A stretch of DNA of 64,000 nucleotides. Source: a bacterium (GTDB lineage: Bacteria > Electryoneota > Electryoneia > Electryoneales > Electryoneaceae). Location of the stretch: assembly GCA_963675295.2 (NCBI GenBank), contig CAXXKJ010000002.1:704001-768000 (forward strand), given 5' to 3'. This document shows positions 37,206 to 47,262 of the stretch, piece after piece. The notes under the pieces were generated by a model, which worked only from the letters and a program-made list of their open reading frames with translations, was not told the DNA's origin and searched no databases. The stretch's first letter is position 1. Every line of letters begins with the position of its first letter. The position numbers and the translations under genes are program-made.

Positions 37206-40200
37206 ATGCGGGGTGCGCGTTTTTCACGAGCGATCCTCGCTGTCCTTGTGATCGGACTGTTGCTGCCGGGTATGTTGTGGGCTCAGGGTACAGGCAAGAT
37301 CCGTGGGACGGTGGTCGACGAGGCGACCGGTGAGCCAATCATCGGCGCGAACGTCGTGCTCGAAGGGACCAGCCGAGGCGCGGCGACCGACTTGGACGGC
37401 TTTTTCGTTATTCTGGCGATTCCGCCGGGGAAATACAGCGTCAAGGCGAGTGCCGTCGGGTTTTCCGGTGTGACGATTTCCGATGTGGAGATCAACACCG
37501 ACCGCACCACAGAGCTTGAGTTCAAACTGGCCGGCTCTTCGGTTCAGCTTGAAGAGGTGGTGCTTGTTTACGAAAAGCCGACAGTTGAAAAGGGTGTGAC
37601 GTCGAACGTCACGCGCTACAGCTCTGAGGATCTTCAGTACCAGGCTGACCCGGATGTCGCCTCGGTACTGACTTCGACGCCGGGCTTCAAGGTTGACGAA
37701 GAAGGTAAGATCCACATTCGCGGTGGCCGTGAAACGGAAGCCCGCTTCCTCGTTGACGGTATCGACACCCGCGACCCGATTACCGGTGAAAGCCTGCCGC
37801 TGAACCTGTCCGCGATCAACATCCAGGAGATTCAGATTCTCACGGGTGGTATGGCGGCGGAGTATGGCCAGGCGCAGTCGGGCTTCGTGACGATTACCAC
37901 GCCGGAAGGCGCGCCGGACGAATACAACGGAACCGTGTACTGGGAAACGGACTTCATGTTCGATAAGTATTCGTTCGACGAGGATCAGGTCAACGCGGCG
38001 TTTGGCGGTCCGATTCCGCTGTCCACCGGCTGGCTCAACCGTCCGATTACCTTCTATCTCACGTTCAACGGCAACGTGTCGAACACGGCGTACTACCTGG
38101 GTGGTGAGTATGACAACCAGGATTACGTTGGCATGGGCATCGACATTCCGCGGCGTCAGTACAACGACATCGGCGGAACGTTGAAGATGGCCTACGACCT
38201 CGGCAACGGGCAGAAGCTGTCGGCGTACTTCGCCGAACGTACCCTCGACTGGGATGTGTACGGTCGTGGTACGGCGGAGGTCGGCGGCAACTACGGCTGG
38301 CCGTACAAGTACGATGTCCAGAACCTGCCGGTCGCGCGTGACAAGCGTACCTCTTTCCGTCTCGATTATACCAACCAGGCCAGCGACAAGACCGTGCTCA
38401 ACTTCTCGGTCGGCCGTCAGGTGATTAACGCCAGCCTGACCCCGCGCGGGAAGAGCCCGGGCGAGTTTGCGTTGGAAGACGAGATCGAAGAATTCCGTGG
38501 CACGGGCCAGGGTCTCGGTGTTGACATCAACGAGAATGGCCGGTGGGACCAGGATGCGGACGGTGACGGCGTCATTCACAGCGGTACGGATGAGCTGTCG
38601 CAGGACGACGACCTGAACAACTTCCTCGACGGGTATCAGGACGCCAACCGTAACTACTATTACGACGGCGACAACGAAGGCTACGAGGACTTGAACCTCA
38701 ACGGTCAATGGGATCGTGGTGAGGATTGGGTCGACCTGAACGGCAACAACGTGTACGATTACGCGGAACCGTGGACGGACGTTGTTGACCCGGTGACGGG
38801 TGCGAACAACGTTGGTGTCTACGACCCGTGGGATACCTACGTCGACCTCAACGGCAACGGTGTGTGGGATCCTGCCGAGCCGCAGCTTTCCGAACAGGAT
38901 ACGAACAACAATGGTATCTGGGACGGTGAACGCTTCCAGGATGCCAACGGCGACGGCGTCTTCAACCGCTGGGAAGAATTCGAAGACCTCGACGGCAACG
39001 GGTACTGGACGTGGATCGACGTGAACCAGAACGGTATCGTCGATGCCGCGGACACGTATGAGCCGTTCAACGACAAGAACGGGAATGGCCGCCAGGACGA
39101 CGGCGAAGGGTACGACGATTCGAACCTGAACGGCCGGATGGACGCGCGCGACCTCGTCGACAACACCGACACCAGTGAAGAGACGGCGGAAACGTTCTGG
39201 GATGGTGACGTCTGGAACGACACCGGCGAGCCTTTCATCGACCTTCCGGACCCGATCACGGGTCAATACAACGGGGTCTGGGATCCGGGTGAGAAGTTCT
39301 GGGATCTCCCGTCCTCCGAGTCCCTGGTTAATATCGGTACGTTCGTCATCTACGGCGAGGGTGCTGTTCTGGGTGTCCCGACGCTGAACGGTCAGTACGA
39401 TCCGCCGGATGGCTTCTTTGACGAATACGAGCTGTTTACGTATTCGACGGGCGACCCGTCCTTCCCGGTTGGGTACACGTTTGATCTCGATGCGAACGGT
39501 ACTGACTGGCCGGCAGACATTTATAGCTACAATTCACTCTACAGTACCTGGACCAACCGGACGATCCACGATACGGAAGCCCCGGTGTTTAACGCGCCGA
39601 ACTTCACGTACGATCCGGGCCAGGAACGCTTCATCGATTTCAACGGCGACGGTCAGTGGAACGGTTCTGACTTGTTCCTCAACCCGGGTACGTGGGATGA
39701 AGACACCATCTGGGCGAAGCGCCGCACGGAAGAGTATTCGTTTACGTTCTCGTGGCAGAGCCAGGTGCACAAGTACCACGAACTCAAGGCCGGTACCGAG
39801 CTGAAGTATTACATCATGTCTCAGCAGCAAGTGCTCGGACTTGACCAGTTGTATACGGGTGATGCGTCGTTTGGTACGGACGAGCCGTTTGTCTACGCCG
39901 ACGAGAATGGCGATCCGTATGCCATCGGAGCGGTACGTGACTTCTGGGAATATCGTCCGTGGGAAGGCGCGGTTTACGTGCAGGATAAGATGGAGTTCGA
40001 GGGTCTGATCGTTCAGGCCGGTTTGCGCAGTGACTTCATCGTGCATGACCCGGAAGTGGTTGATGAACAGCGGCGCCGTCTGGAAGCGGGCGAGCCGGGT
40101 GCGTCGGATGCGCGCAGTTCGCGTTTCGCGTTTGCCCCGCGTCTTGGTATCAGCCACCCGATCACCGACCGAGCGAAGCTGTACTTCAACTACGGTCACT

Positions 40201-41084
40201 TCTTCAAGCTTCCGCCATTCCTCACCTTCTACAAGTCGACGACGACGAATGTCGACCAGGGCGTGGTTGGTAACCCGAACCTTAAATTCGAGCGTTCGGT
40301 GACCTACGAATTGGGTGTTCACACGCAGGTGACGGACAACTTGTCGTTCCAGCTCGCGGGTTATTACCGCGACTTGTATGACCAGATTTCGACGATTGAA
40401 GAACGCGACGGTCCGATCGTCGTGACGCGGTATATCAACCTCGACTACGGCCGTGCGCGTGGTTTCGAGTTGAAGATTGACCGCAAGTTCGCCAACCACT
40501 TCCAGGCGACCTTCAACTACGACTTCTCGTTTGCTTACGGCAAGGCGTCCGGCGCGTTGGACGAGTTTAACAACGCCAGCTCGAATGTTCCGACGAACTA
40601 CGACGAGCACCCGCTGGATTGGGACCAGACGCACCAGATCAACTTCAACACGGCGGTGATGTTCCCGAAGGGCGATCATCCGCAGCTGTTCGGTTTCCGT
40701 TTGCCGGACTATTGGTTGATGTCGGTTCAGTGGCAGTTCGGTTCCGGCCGTCCGTACACGCCTTCCGAGTACACAACGGGCATCGACGAAAACCTGATTC
40801 TCGACAATTCGGAACGTTATCCGTGGTGGGAACGGACGAACGTGCGTTTCGAGAAGTATTTCGATTACGCCGGCATCAAGTGGATCACGGGTCTGCAGGT
40901 TTACAACCTGTGGGATAAGCGGAACGTCAACTCGATTTACGCGGAGACGGGAAGCGCCACGATCGCTGTTCACCCATTCAACCCGGATTACAACCCTGGC
41001 CTGGATCGTACGGATTACGACGCCAACCCGCGCAACTTCGGTTCAGGGCGTCAGATTCTGGTCAAAGTCGGTATGGAATTCTAA
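37206..41084 (+). CDS. TonB-dependent receptor with a large Asp/Asn-rich repeat insertion
   Basis: Signal peptide; carboxypeptidase-regulatory-like domain GEPIIGANV; plug HIRGGR..TGG..AEYG; PRLGISHPI, GNPNL; C-terminal GMEF. Confidence 0.92.
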   Translation: MRGARFSRAILAVLVIGLLLPGMLWAQGTGKIRGTVVDEATGEPIIGANVVLEGTSRGAATDLDGFFVILAIPPGKYSVKASAVGFSGVTISDVEINTDRTTELEFKLAGSSVQLEEVVLVYEKPTVEKGVTSNVTRYSSEDLQYQADPDVASVLTSTPGFKVDEEGKIHIRGGRETEARFLVDGIDTRDPITGESLPLNLSAINIQEIQILTGGMAAEYGQAQSGFVTITTPEGAPDEYNGTVYWETDFMFDKYSFDEDQVNAAFGGPIPLSTGWLNRPITFYLTFNGNVSNTAYYLGGEYDNQDYVGMGIDIPRRQYNDIGGTLKMAYDLGNGQKLSAYFAERTLDWDVYGRGTAEVGGNYGWPYKYDVQNLPVARDKRTSFRLDYTNQASDKTVLNFSVGRQVINASLTPRGKSPGEFALEDEIEEFRGTGQGLGVDINENGRWDQDADGDGVIHSGTDELSQDDDLNNFLDGYQDANRNYYYDGDNEGYEDLNLNGQWDRGEDWVDLNGNNVYDYAEPWTDVVDPVTGANNVGVYDPWDTYVDLNGNGVWDPAEPQLSEQDTNNNGIWDGERFQDANGDGVFNRWEEFEDLDGNGYWTWIDVNQNGIVDAADTYEPFNDKNGNGRQDDGEGYDDSNLNGRMDARDLVDNTDTSEETAETFWDGDVWNDTGEPFIDLPDPITGQYNGVWDPGEKFWDLPSSESLVNIGTFVIYGEGAVLGVPTLNGQYDPPDGFFDEYELFTYSTGDPSFPVGYTFDLDANGTDWPADIYSYNSLYSTWTNRTIHDTEAPVFNAPNFTYDPGQERFIDFNGDGQWNGSDLFLNPGTWDEDTIWAKRRTEEYSFTFSWQSQVHKYHELKAGTELKYYIMSQQQVLGLDQLYTGDASFGTDEPFVYADENGDPYAIGAVRDFWEYRPWEGAVYVQDKMEFEGLIVQAGLRSDFIVHDPEVVDEQRRRLEAGEPGASDARSSRFAFAPRLGISHPITDRAKLYFNYGHFFKLPPFLTFYKSTTTNVDQGVVGNPNLKFERSVTYELGVHTQVTDNLSFQLAGYYRDLYDQISTIEERDGPIVVTRYINLDYGRARGFELKIDRKFANHFQATFNYDFSFAYGKASGALDEFNNASSNVPTNYDEHPLDWDQTHQINFNTAVMFPKGDHPQLFGFRLPDYWLMSVQWQFGSGRPYTPSEYTTGIDENLILDNSERYPWWERTNVRFEKYFDYAGIKWITGLQVYNLWDKRNVNSIYAETGSATIAVHPFNPDYNPGLDRTDYDANPRNFGSGRQILVKVGMEF

Positions 41085-41173
41085 TTGTCGCGTAGCGCGT
41101 GCCGGCGGACGTGTGGATTCATGTTCGCCGGTCGATGCGCGAAACGCATAGACCTCGAGGAGGGATCCGCGAC

Positions 41174-43288
41174 ATGGAACGTTTTCGTCGCATAGCCCTG
41201 TTGCTTCTGCTGCCCGGACTGCTGCTCCTGTCTGTTGGGTGCGAAGAGGATGATGGCCCCACCGGCACGGATGATGATGCACCGAAGGGGACCAAAGTCT
41301 CAGGCACAATTTCCGGCAGCATCAGTGGCGTGTACACAATCGATGACACGGTGACCGTCGAAGCGGGTGACAAGCTGACGATCGCCGCTGGCACTGAGAT
41401 TTATTTCATGCCGGGCGCGGCTCTGCATGTTGAAGGTGAAATTCAGGCTGTCGGTACAGAGACGGACTGGATCACGTTCACGTCTGTCCGTTCCAACCCG
41501 GACCGTGGTGACTGGAACGGGATTCGCCTGATCGGGGCGGATGACAATTCGATGTTTGAATACGTGCACGTGCTGTATGGCGCGAAGTACGATTTGCGCA
41601 CCGATACCACGCGTTTCCGCTACGATTCCGACACTGGCAAGCGTGCGGTGCCGGAATTTGACGTGATGCGTGGTGCGATCACCATTCGCAATTGTTCGCC
41701 GACGGTTCGGCGCAGCATCATCGAGCTTGGCGGGTATGATGGCATTCACATCGTGGGTAACTCGCAGGCGGTGATTGAGCACAACACGATCGTGCAGAAC
41801 GCGTTCAACGGCATCCATGTGGAACCGGACTGGGGTCTGGTTGACAAGGAAGAAGGTGCTGACGATCCGCTGGGCGATGTGTACGCCAACCTGGCGCAGT
41901 CGAAAATCCACAACAACATCATTGTGGAGAACGACGACGCTGGTATCCGCATGCCGCAGGATGAGGCGCTGTACATCAACGGCCTCATTCCTGAGGTGAT
42001 GTACAACGATATCTGGAACAATGCATCGCTGGCGTATGTTCCGCCGGACTGGGTTAGCCCGTCCACGCCGAACTACGCGGATGTGAGCACGAACATCCAG
42101 ATGGATCCGGTGTTTGAGGATCTGGAATCCAGCGATTACGATCTGCATCCGTGCAGCAACGTGGTCGACAAGGCGGACCCGTCGATGACGGACGCGGACG
42201 GAACGCGTTCTGATATCGGCGCTCTCCCGCTGTACCAGGGTCCGTATGATCTGGCGAAGCGCCTCGTAAACGACAACGTGTACAACAAGTTGAATCTCGA
42301 GGCGGGCGAGGTGTATTACGTCCGTTGCAATGCGTGGGTCGGGGAAGACGATGTCCTGACGATTGGTCCGGGCACGATTCTCGCATTCACGGGTCCGTAT
42401 TCGTTGTACCTGCATGGCGGGTTTGAGATCAGTGGTGCGGCCGGCAACGAGGTCGTGTTTACCTCGGCGTATGACGAGCCGGGTCCTGCTGATTGGCGCC
42501 AGATCGTGATCGACGAAGCGCCGGAAACCTCCTTCATGGAGCACGTGATCATCGAATACGCTTCGTTGGACAACCGGTCGACGCCGTCTCCGGACACTCT
42601 TGGTGCGTTATCGATCCTGGCGAGTTCGCCGCGGATTGAGAACGTGACTGTTCGCGAATCCTTCTATGCCGGTGTGTACTGTTACAACGGCTCGAACCCG
42701 ATCCTGAGCAACATTCAGGTTGAGAATGTTGGCTACCACGGGATCATCTGCTACCTGAACAGCAGCCCGACGATTACGCAGACGACGGTGACCGGTACCG
42801 GTGGCTACGGCATTCAGTGTGTGAGCAATTCGAATCCGCACATTGAAAATGTGCTGCTGTATGACTTGGGCGCGTCCGCGTTCTTCGTGACCGAGTTGTC
42901 GTCGCCGACGATCAATTATGCAACGGTGTACGGGTTGCGTTCGATCGTCATTGGTGATGAGGATCCGACGCAGAAGCGGTTTGCCCATTCATTGTATGCA
43001 CGCAACTTCAGCCGGCCGGTAGTCTCCAACTCCATCTTTGCAGTGTACAATGCTTCCGGTGTCCTGTCTGAAGTTTCATCTTCGCCGGAGCTTCGGTACA
43101 CATACGTGTTTACGGACAACGGCATAGATCCGTGGGTTGGCAATGTGCTGACCGAGTCCGTGTCCACGGATGAGCTGGAGTTTGTTGACGCCGCGGGGGC
43201 CGACTTCCGGCTGCCGAACGGAAGCGACGGCAAGACCGCTGCTGAAGACGGGGGAGAAGTGGGTGCGTACGGTGGAAACGGGATGTGA
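41174..43288 (+). CDS. Lipoprotein with two right-handed parallel beta-helix modules
   Basis: Lipobox LSVGC; LTI..GT.I.F..W.GI repeats; DADGTRSDIGA. Confidence 0.8.
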   Translation: MERFRRIALLLLLPGLLLLSVGCEEDDGPTGTDDDAPKGTKVSGTISGSISGVYTIDDTVTVEAGDKLTIAAGTEIYFMPGAALHVEGEIQAVGTETDWITFTSVRSNPDRGDWNGIRLIGADDNSMFEYVHVLYGAKYDLRTDTTRFRYDSDTGKRAVPEFDVMRGAITIRNCSPTVRRSIIELGGYDGIHIVGNSQAVIEHNTIVQNAFNGIHVEPDWGLVDKEEGADDPLGDVYANLAQSKIHNNIIVENDDAGIRMPQDEALYINGLIPEVMYNDIWNNASLAYVPPDWVSPSTPNYADVSTNIQMDPVFEDLESSDYDLHPCSNVVDKADPSMTDADGTRSDIGALPLYQGPYDLAKRLVNDNVYNKLNLEAGEVYYVRCNAWVGEDDVLTIGPGTILAFTGPYSLYLHGGFEISGAAGNEVVFTSAYDEPGPADWRQIVIDEAPETSFMEHVIIEYASLDNRSTPSPDTLGALSILASSPRIENVTVRESFYAGVYCYNGSNPILSNIQVENVGYHGIICYLNSSPTITQTTVTGTGGYGIQCVSNSNPHIENVLLYDLGASAFFVTELSSPTINYATVYGLRSIVIGDEDPTQKRFAHSLYARNFSRPVVSNSIFAVYNASGVLSEVSSSPELRYTYVFTDNGIDPWVGNVLTESVSTDELEFVDAAGADFRLPNGSDGKTAAEDGGEVGAYGGNGM

Positions 43289-43322
43289 TTACGATCGTCC
43301 ATTTCTAGATACAGGTGGTACT

Positions 43323-46151
43323 ATGGTGCGAACAGGACGTAAACGAGTGGAAGGGATCGCGGCGGTACTGGTGATCCTGTTGCTTGGGGCGCTGACAGTG
43401 GCCGACGCTCGTTATGACTCATCGTATTACGATGATGATCAGGCGTTGCGGAAGGGCCCGCGGCGGACCGCGGCAGATTTCATTGATGAAGAGAACCGGG
43501 TTGTGGATGTCGGTCTGTTGTGGATGAACATCACCAACTTTGGTTATTTCGGCAACGATGGCCCGGGCCGGTCGACCCGTCTGGATGATCCGTGCACGGA
43601 TGACTGGGCACCGCAGGCAGAGTATCCGGGTGGATCCGGCGTCCAGTACCTGTATCGCGGTGGCCTTTGGGTTGGCGCGATGATTCAGGAAGAGGGCTTC
43701 GAATATCCGCGTGTGTCGGTGGGTACGGAAGGCTGGCAGGGCGACGAAGAGCTCAATCCGACGTCTCCAATTGAGGAACGCTCGACTCGTTCCAACGCCT
43801 ACAACTGCCTTGGTGAGTTCGTTTCCCATCCGGATGCGGTTTCGGAGCAGGACTTCATCGCGTCCTATTCGGACACGACCAAAGTCTTGCCCGGCGGTGA
43901 CGTTGTGGACCATCCGTATGATGGCGCGCACATTCCGCTCGGCGTCGAGATCACGCAGAAGACCTATGCATGGTCGTACAACTACGCGCAGGACTTCATC
44001 ATCATCGACTACGAGATCGAGAACATTGCGGACAAGTTCCTGAAGAACTTGTACATCGGTCTTTTTGTTGATGCGGACGTTGGTCTTTACGCGAACAACA
44101 ACCACTACGAAGACGATATCTGCGGCTTCACGAGTACGTTCGAATACTCCCCGCCGGGATCGAATGATACGGACACGCTGACGATTAACACGGCATGGAT
44201 TGCGGACAACGACGGCCGTCCGAACGGCGTCTCCAGTGGTACGCAGTTCTCCTGCCCGGACATCACCGGCAGTCGTGTTGTACGCGCACCGAACCCGAAG
44301 CTGCGTACCTCCTTCAACTGGTGGATCTCCAACGGTGAAGATCCGACGAACAAAGACTTCGGTCCGTCGTGGGAAGATGACGGCGCTCCGGGTGGCTGGA
44401 CGAGTCGTCTCGGTACGCCGGTGACGGATGCGGACAAGTACTTCGTGCTGTCCAACCGTGAGTTCGACTACGACCAGATCCATGTGGACGATCCGGATTA
44501 CCTCACAAATCATCCACAACAGTTCAGAGATCGTTTTACAAACGAGCTTCTGGAAGAGCATTTCTGGAAAGATCCGGACGTGGATGATCCGGGTGATCTC
44601 GCGGACGGGTACGACACCCGATACATGATTTCCTGGGGTCCGTTGGGCATTTACGACTACACGGACGAATCCGGTAACCAGATCTACCGTTTGAACCCGG
44701 GTGAAAAGTTCTCGATGACGGTTGCCTATGTTGCCGGCGCCGGCTTCCACGATAAGAACAACCCGCAGATTACCGATACCAACATCGATGAGACGAAGTT
44801 CAATTTTGCTGATTTCCAGTACAATGCCGACTGGGCCGCGAAGGTGTATGACAACCCGATGGTTGACACCTTCATGCGTCCGGGCACCGCGATTCCGATG
44901 GCGGAAGCAGATGGTGGTACCCAGGACAACTGGTTTGGTGAAGACGTTGGTACCGACCAGGTTTACCTCCCGGCCGACTCTGTAGGTAAGTCGGTGACCT
45001 TCTGGGATCCTGCACAGGGTATTTATATCACCTTGACCTACACCGGTCCGGACGAAGACGGAACCGAGCTTGACGGCCGTCTGCAGGCTGCGGAAGACGT
45101 CGCGCCGCGTCCGGAGCTGTTTGACTACACGTTTGCCAACAGCCTGTTCGATCAGGGTGACGGTGTGCCGGACTTCCAGGGTCCGCCGCCGCCGCCGACG
45201 CCGGATCTCAGCTACCGCGCTGAGGACAATGATCTGATCCTGCAGTGGAACTCGATGCCGTCCGAAGATCCGGAATACGAAGACGCCTTCAGCCGTCAGC
45301 AGGACTTCGAGGGTTACCGCGTCTACGTATCGAACACGGGTCAGGAAACGGAGTTCAGCTTCGTCGCCGAATTCGACCGGATCGACTATTCCTTCTACAC
45401 CTCGAACGACTCGTTGTTGGACAGCACGTACTACCAGGACGAGATCGAATTGTACGAGTGGACGCCGTACGTCACCACTCGTGAGTTTGATGGCGTAGTC
45501 GGTACACTGAAGCCGGTGGGTCTGAACCTTGGTATCGCGGACAACGCGGAACTGACTTCGTGGATGGAAGGCGATATCCGGTACTACGAGTACCGCATCA
45601 AGGACACCAACCCGATGATTCCGCGCTACTACGCGGTGACGGCGTATGACTACGGCGATTACCGGTCGGGCACGGAGCCGTTGGAAAGTGCGAAGACGGC
45701 GAACGCCGTGTACGCCGCGCCGAATGGCTCGGATCGCAAGAAGCCGGGCGTGGTGCCGAATCCGTATCGAGCGGACGAGGACTACACGCGCCAGTATTTG
45801 CGTCTTGCGTATTCGGATGACGACGAGACATCGGTGTCGTGGGAAAATCGTGATGACGGCACGGCGGGTTATTTCCCGCAAACGGACCGTCGCATCTACT
45901 TCTACAACCTTCCGACAGAATGCTTGATTCGAATCTTCACGGTCAGTGGTGACCTGGTTGATATCATCAAGCATGAGGCGGGCGCACCGAACGATCTGTC
46001 CCGTTGGAGCGCGCCGCACGCCGCTGCGTGGGATTTGAACAGCCGAAACCAGCAGCAGGTCGTGTCGGGTCTGTATTTCTTCAGTGTTGAAGACATGACG
46101 GAAGAAGGCAAGGGACATATCGATGTCGGCAAATTTGTCATCATCCGGTAA
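43323..46151 (+). CDS. Secreted protein of the TBDR/PorV-associated type with a variant C-terminal sorting domain
   Basis: Signal peptide; ITNFGYFG..EYPGGSG..GGLWVGA; DFEGYRVY; VVPNPY..IRIFTVSGDLV..WD..SGLYF..KFVIIR. Confidence 0.75.
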   Translation: MVRTGRKRVEGIAAVLVILLLGALTVADARYDSSYYDDDQALRKGPRRTAADFIDEENRVVDVGLLWMNITNFGYFGNDGPGRSTRLDDPCTDDWAPQAEYPGGSGVQYLYRGGLWVGAMIQEEGFEYPRVSVGTEGWQGDEELNPTSPIEERSTRSNAYNCLGEFVSHPDAVSEQDFIASYSDTTKVLPGGDVVDHPYDGAHIPLGVEITQKTYAWSYNYAQDFIIIDYEIENIADKFLKNLYIGLFVDADVGLYANNNHYEDDICGFTSTFEYSPPGSNDTDTLTINTAWIADNDGRPNGVSSGTQFSCPDITGSRVVRAPNPKLRTSFNWWISNGEDPTNKDFGPSWEDDGAPGGWTSRLGTPVTDADKYFVLSNREFDYDQIHVDDPDYLTNHPQQFRDRFTNELLEEHFWKDPDVDDPGDLADGYDTRYMISWGPLGIYDYTDESGNQIYRLNPGEKFSMTVAYVAGAGFHDKNNPQITDTNIDETKFNFADFQYNADWAAKVYDNPMVDTFMRPGTAIPMAEADGGTQDNWFGEDVGTDQVYLPADSVGKSVTFWDPAQGIYITLTYTGPDEDGTELDGRLQAAEDVAPRPELFDYTFANSLFDQGDGVPDFQGPPPPPTPDLSYRAEDNDLILQWNSMPSEDPEYEDAFSRQQDFEGYRVYVSNTGQETEFSFVAEFDRIDYSFYTSNDSLLDSTYYQDEIELYEWTPYVTTREFDGVVGTLKPVGLNLGIADNAELTSWMEGDIRYYEYRIKDTNPMIPRYYAVTAYDYGDYRSGTEPLESAKTANAVYAAPNGSDRKKPGVVPNPYRADEDYTRQYLRLAYSDDDETSVSWENRDDGTAGYFPQTDRRIYFYNLPTECLIRIFTVSGDLVDIIKHEAGAPNDLSRWSAPHAAAWDLNSRNQQQVVSGLYFFSVEDMTEEGKGHIDVGKFVIIR

Positions 46152-46164
46152 GCGAGGTGCGAAC

Positions 46165-47184
46165 ATGATCTGGAAAAAGCTTCTTCTTGTTGCTCTGGCG
46201 TTCGCATTGGTCGTGCCCGGATGGGTTTCGGCCCAGGAGAAGGTTGGCACGACGGGTGTCAACTTCCTGAAGATCGGTCCGTCCTCCCGCGGTGTTGCGT
46301 TGGCGGATGCGTTTTTGCCGATCGCGGACGACGCGTCTACCCTGTGGTATAACCCGGGCGGCCTGATTAACGTGCGCAGCCAGCAGATGATCTTTTCACA
46401 TGTTGCCTTTCCGGCGGATGTGAACTATGAGTACATCGGCTACGTGCATCCGTTGCCCGCGATGGGCGCGGCGGTTGGTGTGCAGGCGTTTGGTCTGTAC
46501 ACGGACGACATGACTGAAACAACGCCAACGCATCCGTTTGGCACGGGCCGGACGTTCATGGCGTCTGACTTTGCTGCGGGTGTGAGCTATGCGCAGAGTC
46601 TGACGGACAAGTTCTCGGTCGGAACGACGATCAAGTTTTTGCAGGAAAATCTTGCGGACGAAGTGGCGCGCGGTTGGTCGGTGGACGTGGGCACGTACTA
46701 CGACACCGGTTGGCGGTCGCTGACGTTGGCGATGATCATCACGAACTTCGGTCCAGACATGGAGTTCATCAGCACGCCGTTCCCGATGCCGATTGTGTTC
46801 AAGTTCGGTGGCGCGATGAATATCTGGAAGAATGAAGAAAACCGGCTGACCATGGCGCTTGAAGGTATTCACCCGAACGACAACCGTGAAGAGTTGCACA
46901 TCGGGCTTGAATACGCGTTCAAGGAGATCGGTTTCCTTCGTCTCGGCAAGAAGTACAACGGCTGGCAACGCAGTACGTACGAAGAGTTCGAGGAAGATCC
47001 CGAGACGTACAACCCGTTCCTCGAGTATCCGGTGTTGGATGAGGACGGTCTTTCGTTTGACGGGATCAGCTTCGGTGGTGGCTTGCGTTTCCCGGGTATC
47101 GACCTGACGGTGGACTATGCGTACACCAATTGGGGCTATTTCGGGGACATTCACCGTTTCAGCCTGTTGTATTCATTTCGCTAA
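46165..47184 (+). CDS. PorV/PorQ-family outer-membrane beta-barrel (T9SS shuttle-like)
   Basis: FLKIGPSSRGVALADAF..DDAS..YNPGGL; DVG..Y..NFG; DYAY..FGDIHRFSL. Confidence 0.85.
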   Translation: MIWKKLLLVALAFALVVPGWVSAQEKVGTTGVNFLKIGPSSRGVALADAFLPIADDASTLWYNPGGLINVRSQQMIFSHVAFPADVNYEYIGYVHPLPAMGAAVGVQAFGLYTDDMTETTPTHPFGTGRTFMASDFAAGVSYAQSLTDKFSVGTTIKFLQENLADEVARGWSVDVGTYYDTGWRSLTLAMIITNFGPDMEFISTPFPMPIVFKFGGAMNIWKNEENRLTMALEGIHPNDNREELHIGLEYAFKEIGFLRLGKKYNGWQRSTYEEFEEDPETYNPFLEYPVLDEDGLSFDGISFGGGLRFPGIDLTVDYAYTNWGYFGDIHRFSLLYSFR

Positions 47185-47262
47185 TGGCGGCTCTCGGCGT
47201 CTGGATCAGTAGTCGGGAATCGATGAAGATGTATGCAGCTGTAACAAGGACGGGGTGAAATC

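Noticed and set aside
38520-39670. Possible DGR template/variable repeat or intein in the TBDR
   Set aside because: Repeats are degenerate at protein level; no adenine-specific pair, reverse transcriptase or intein termini
43419-46262. 947-aa antisense ORF (and similar ones at 22556-25114, 37224-39266, 39534-40973)
   Set aside because: Shadow frames of GC-biased real genes; no recognisable motifs
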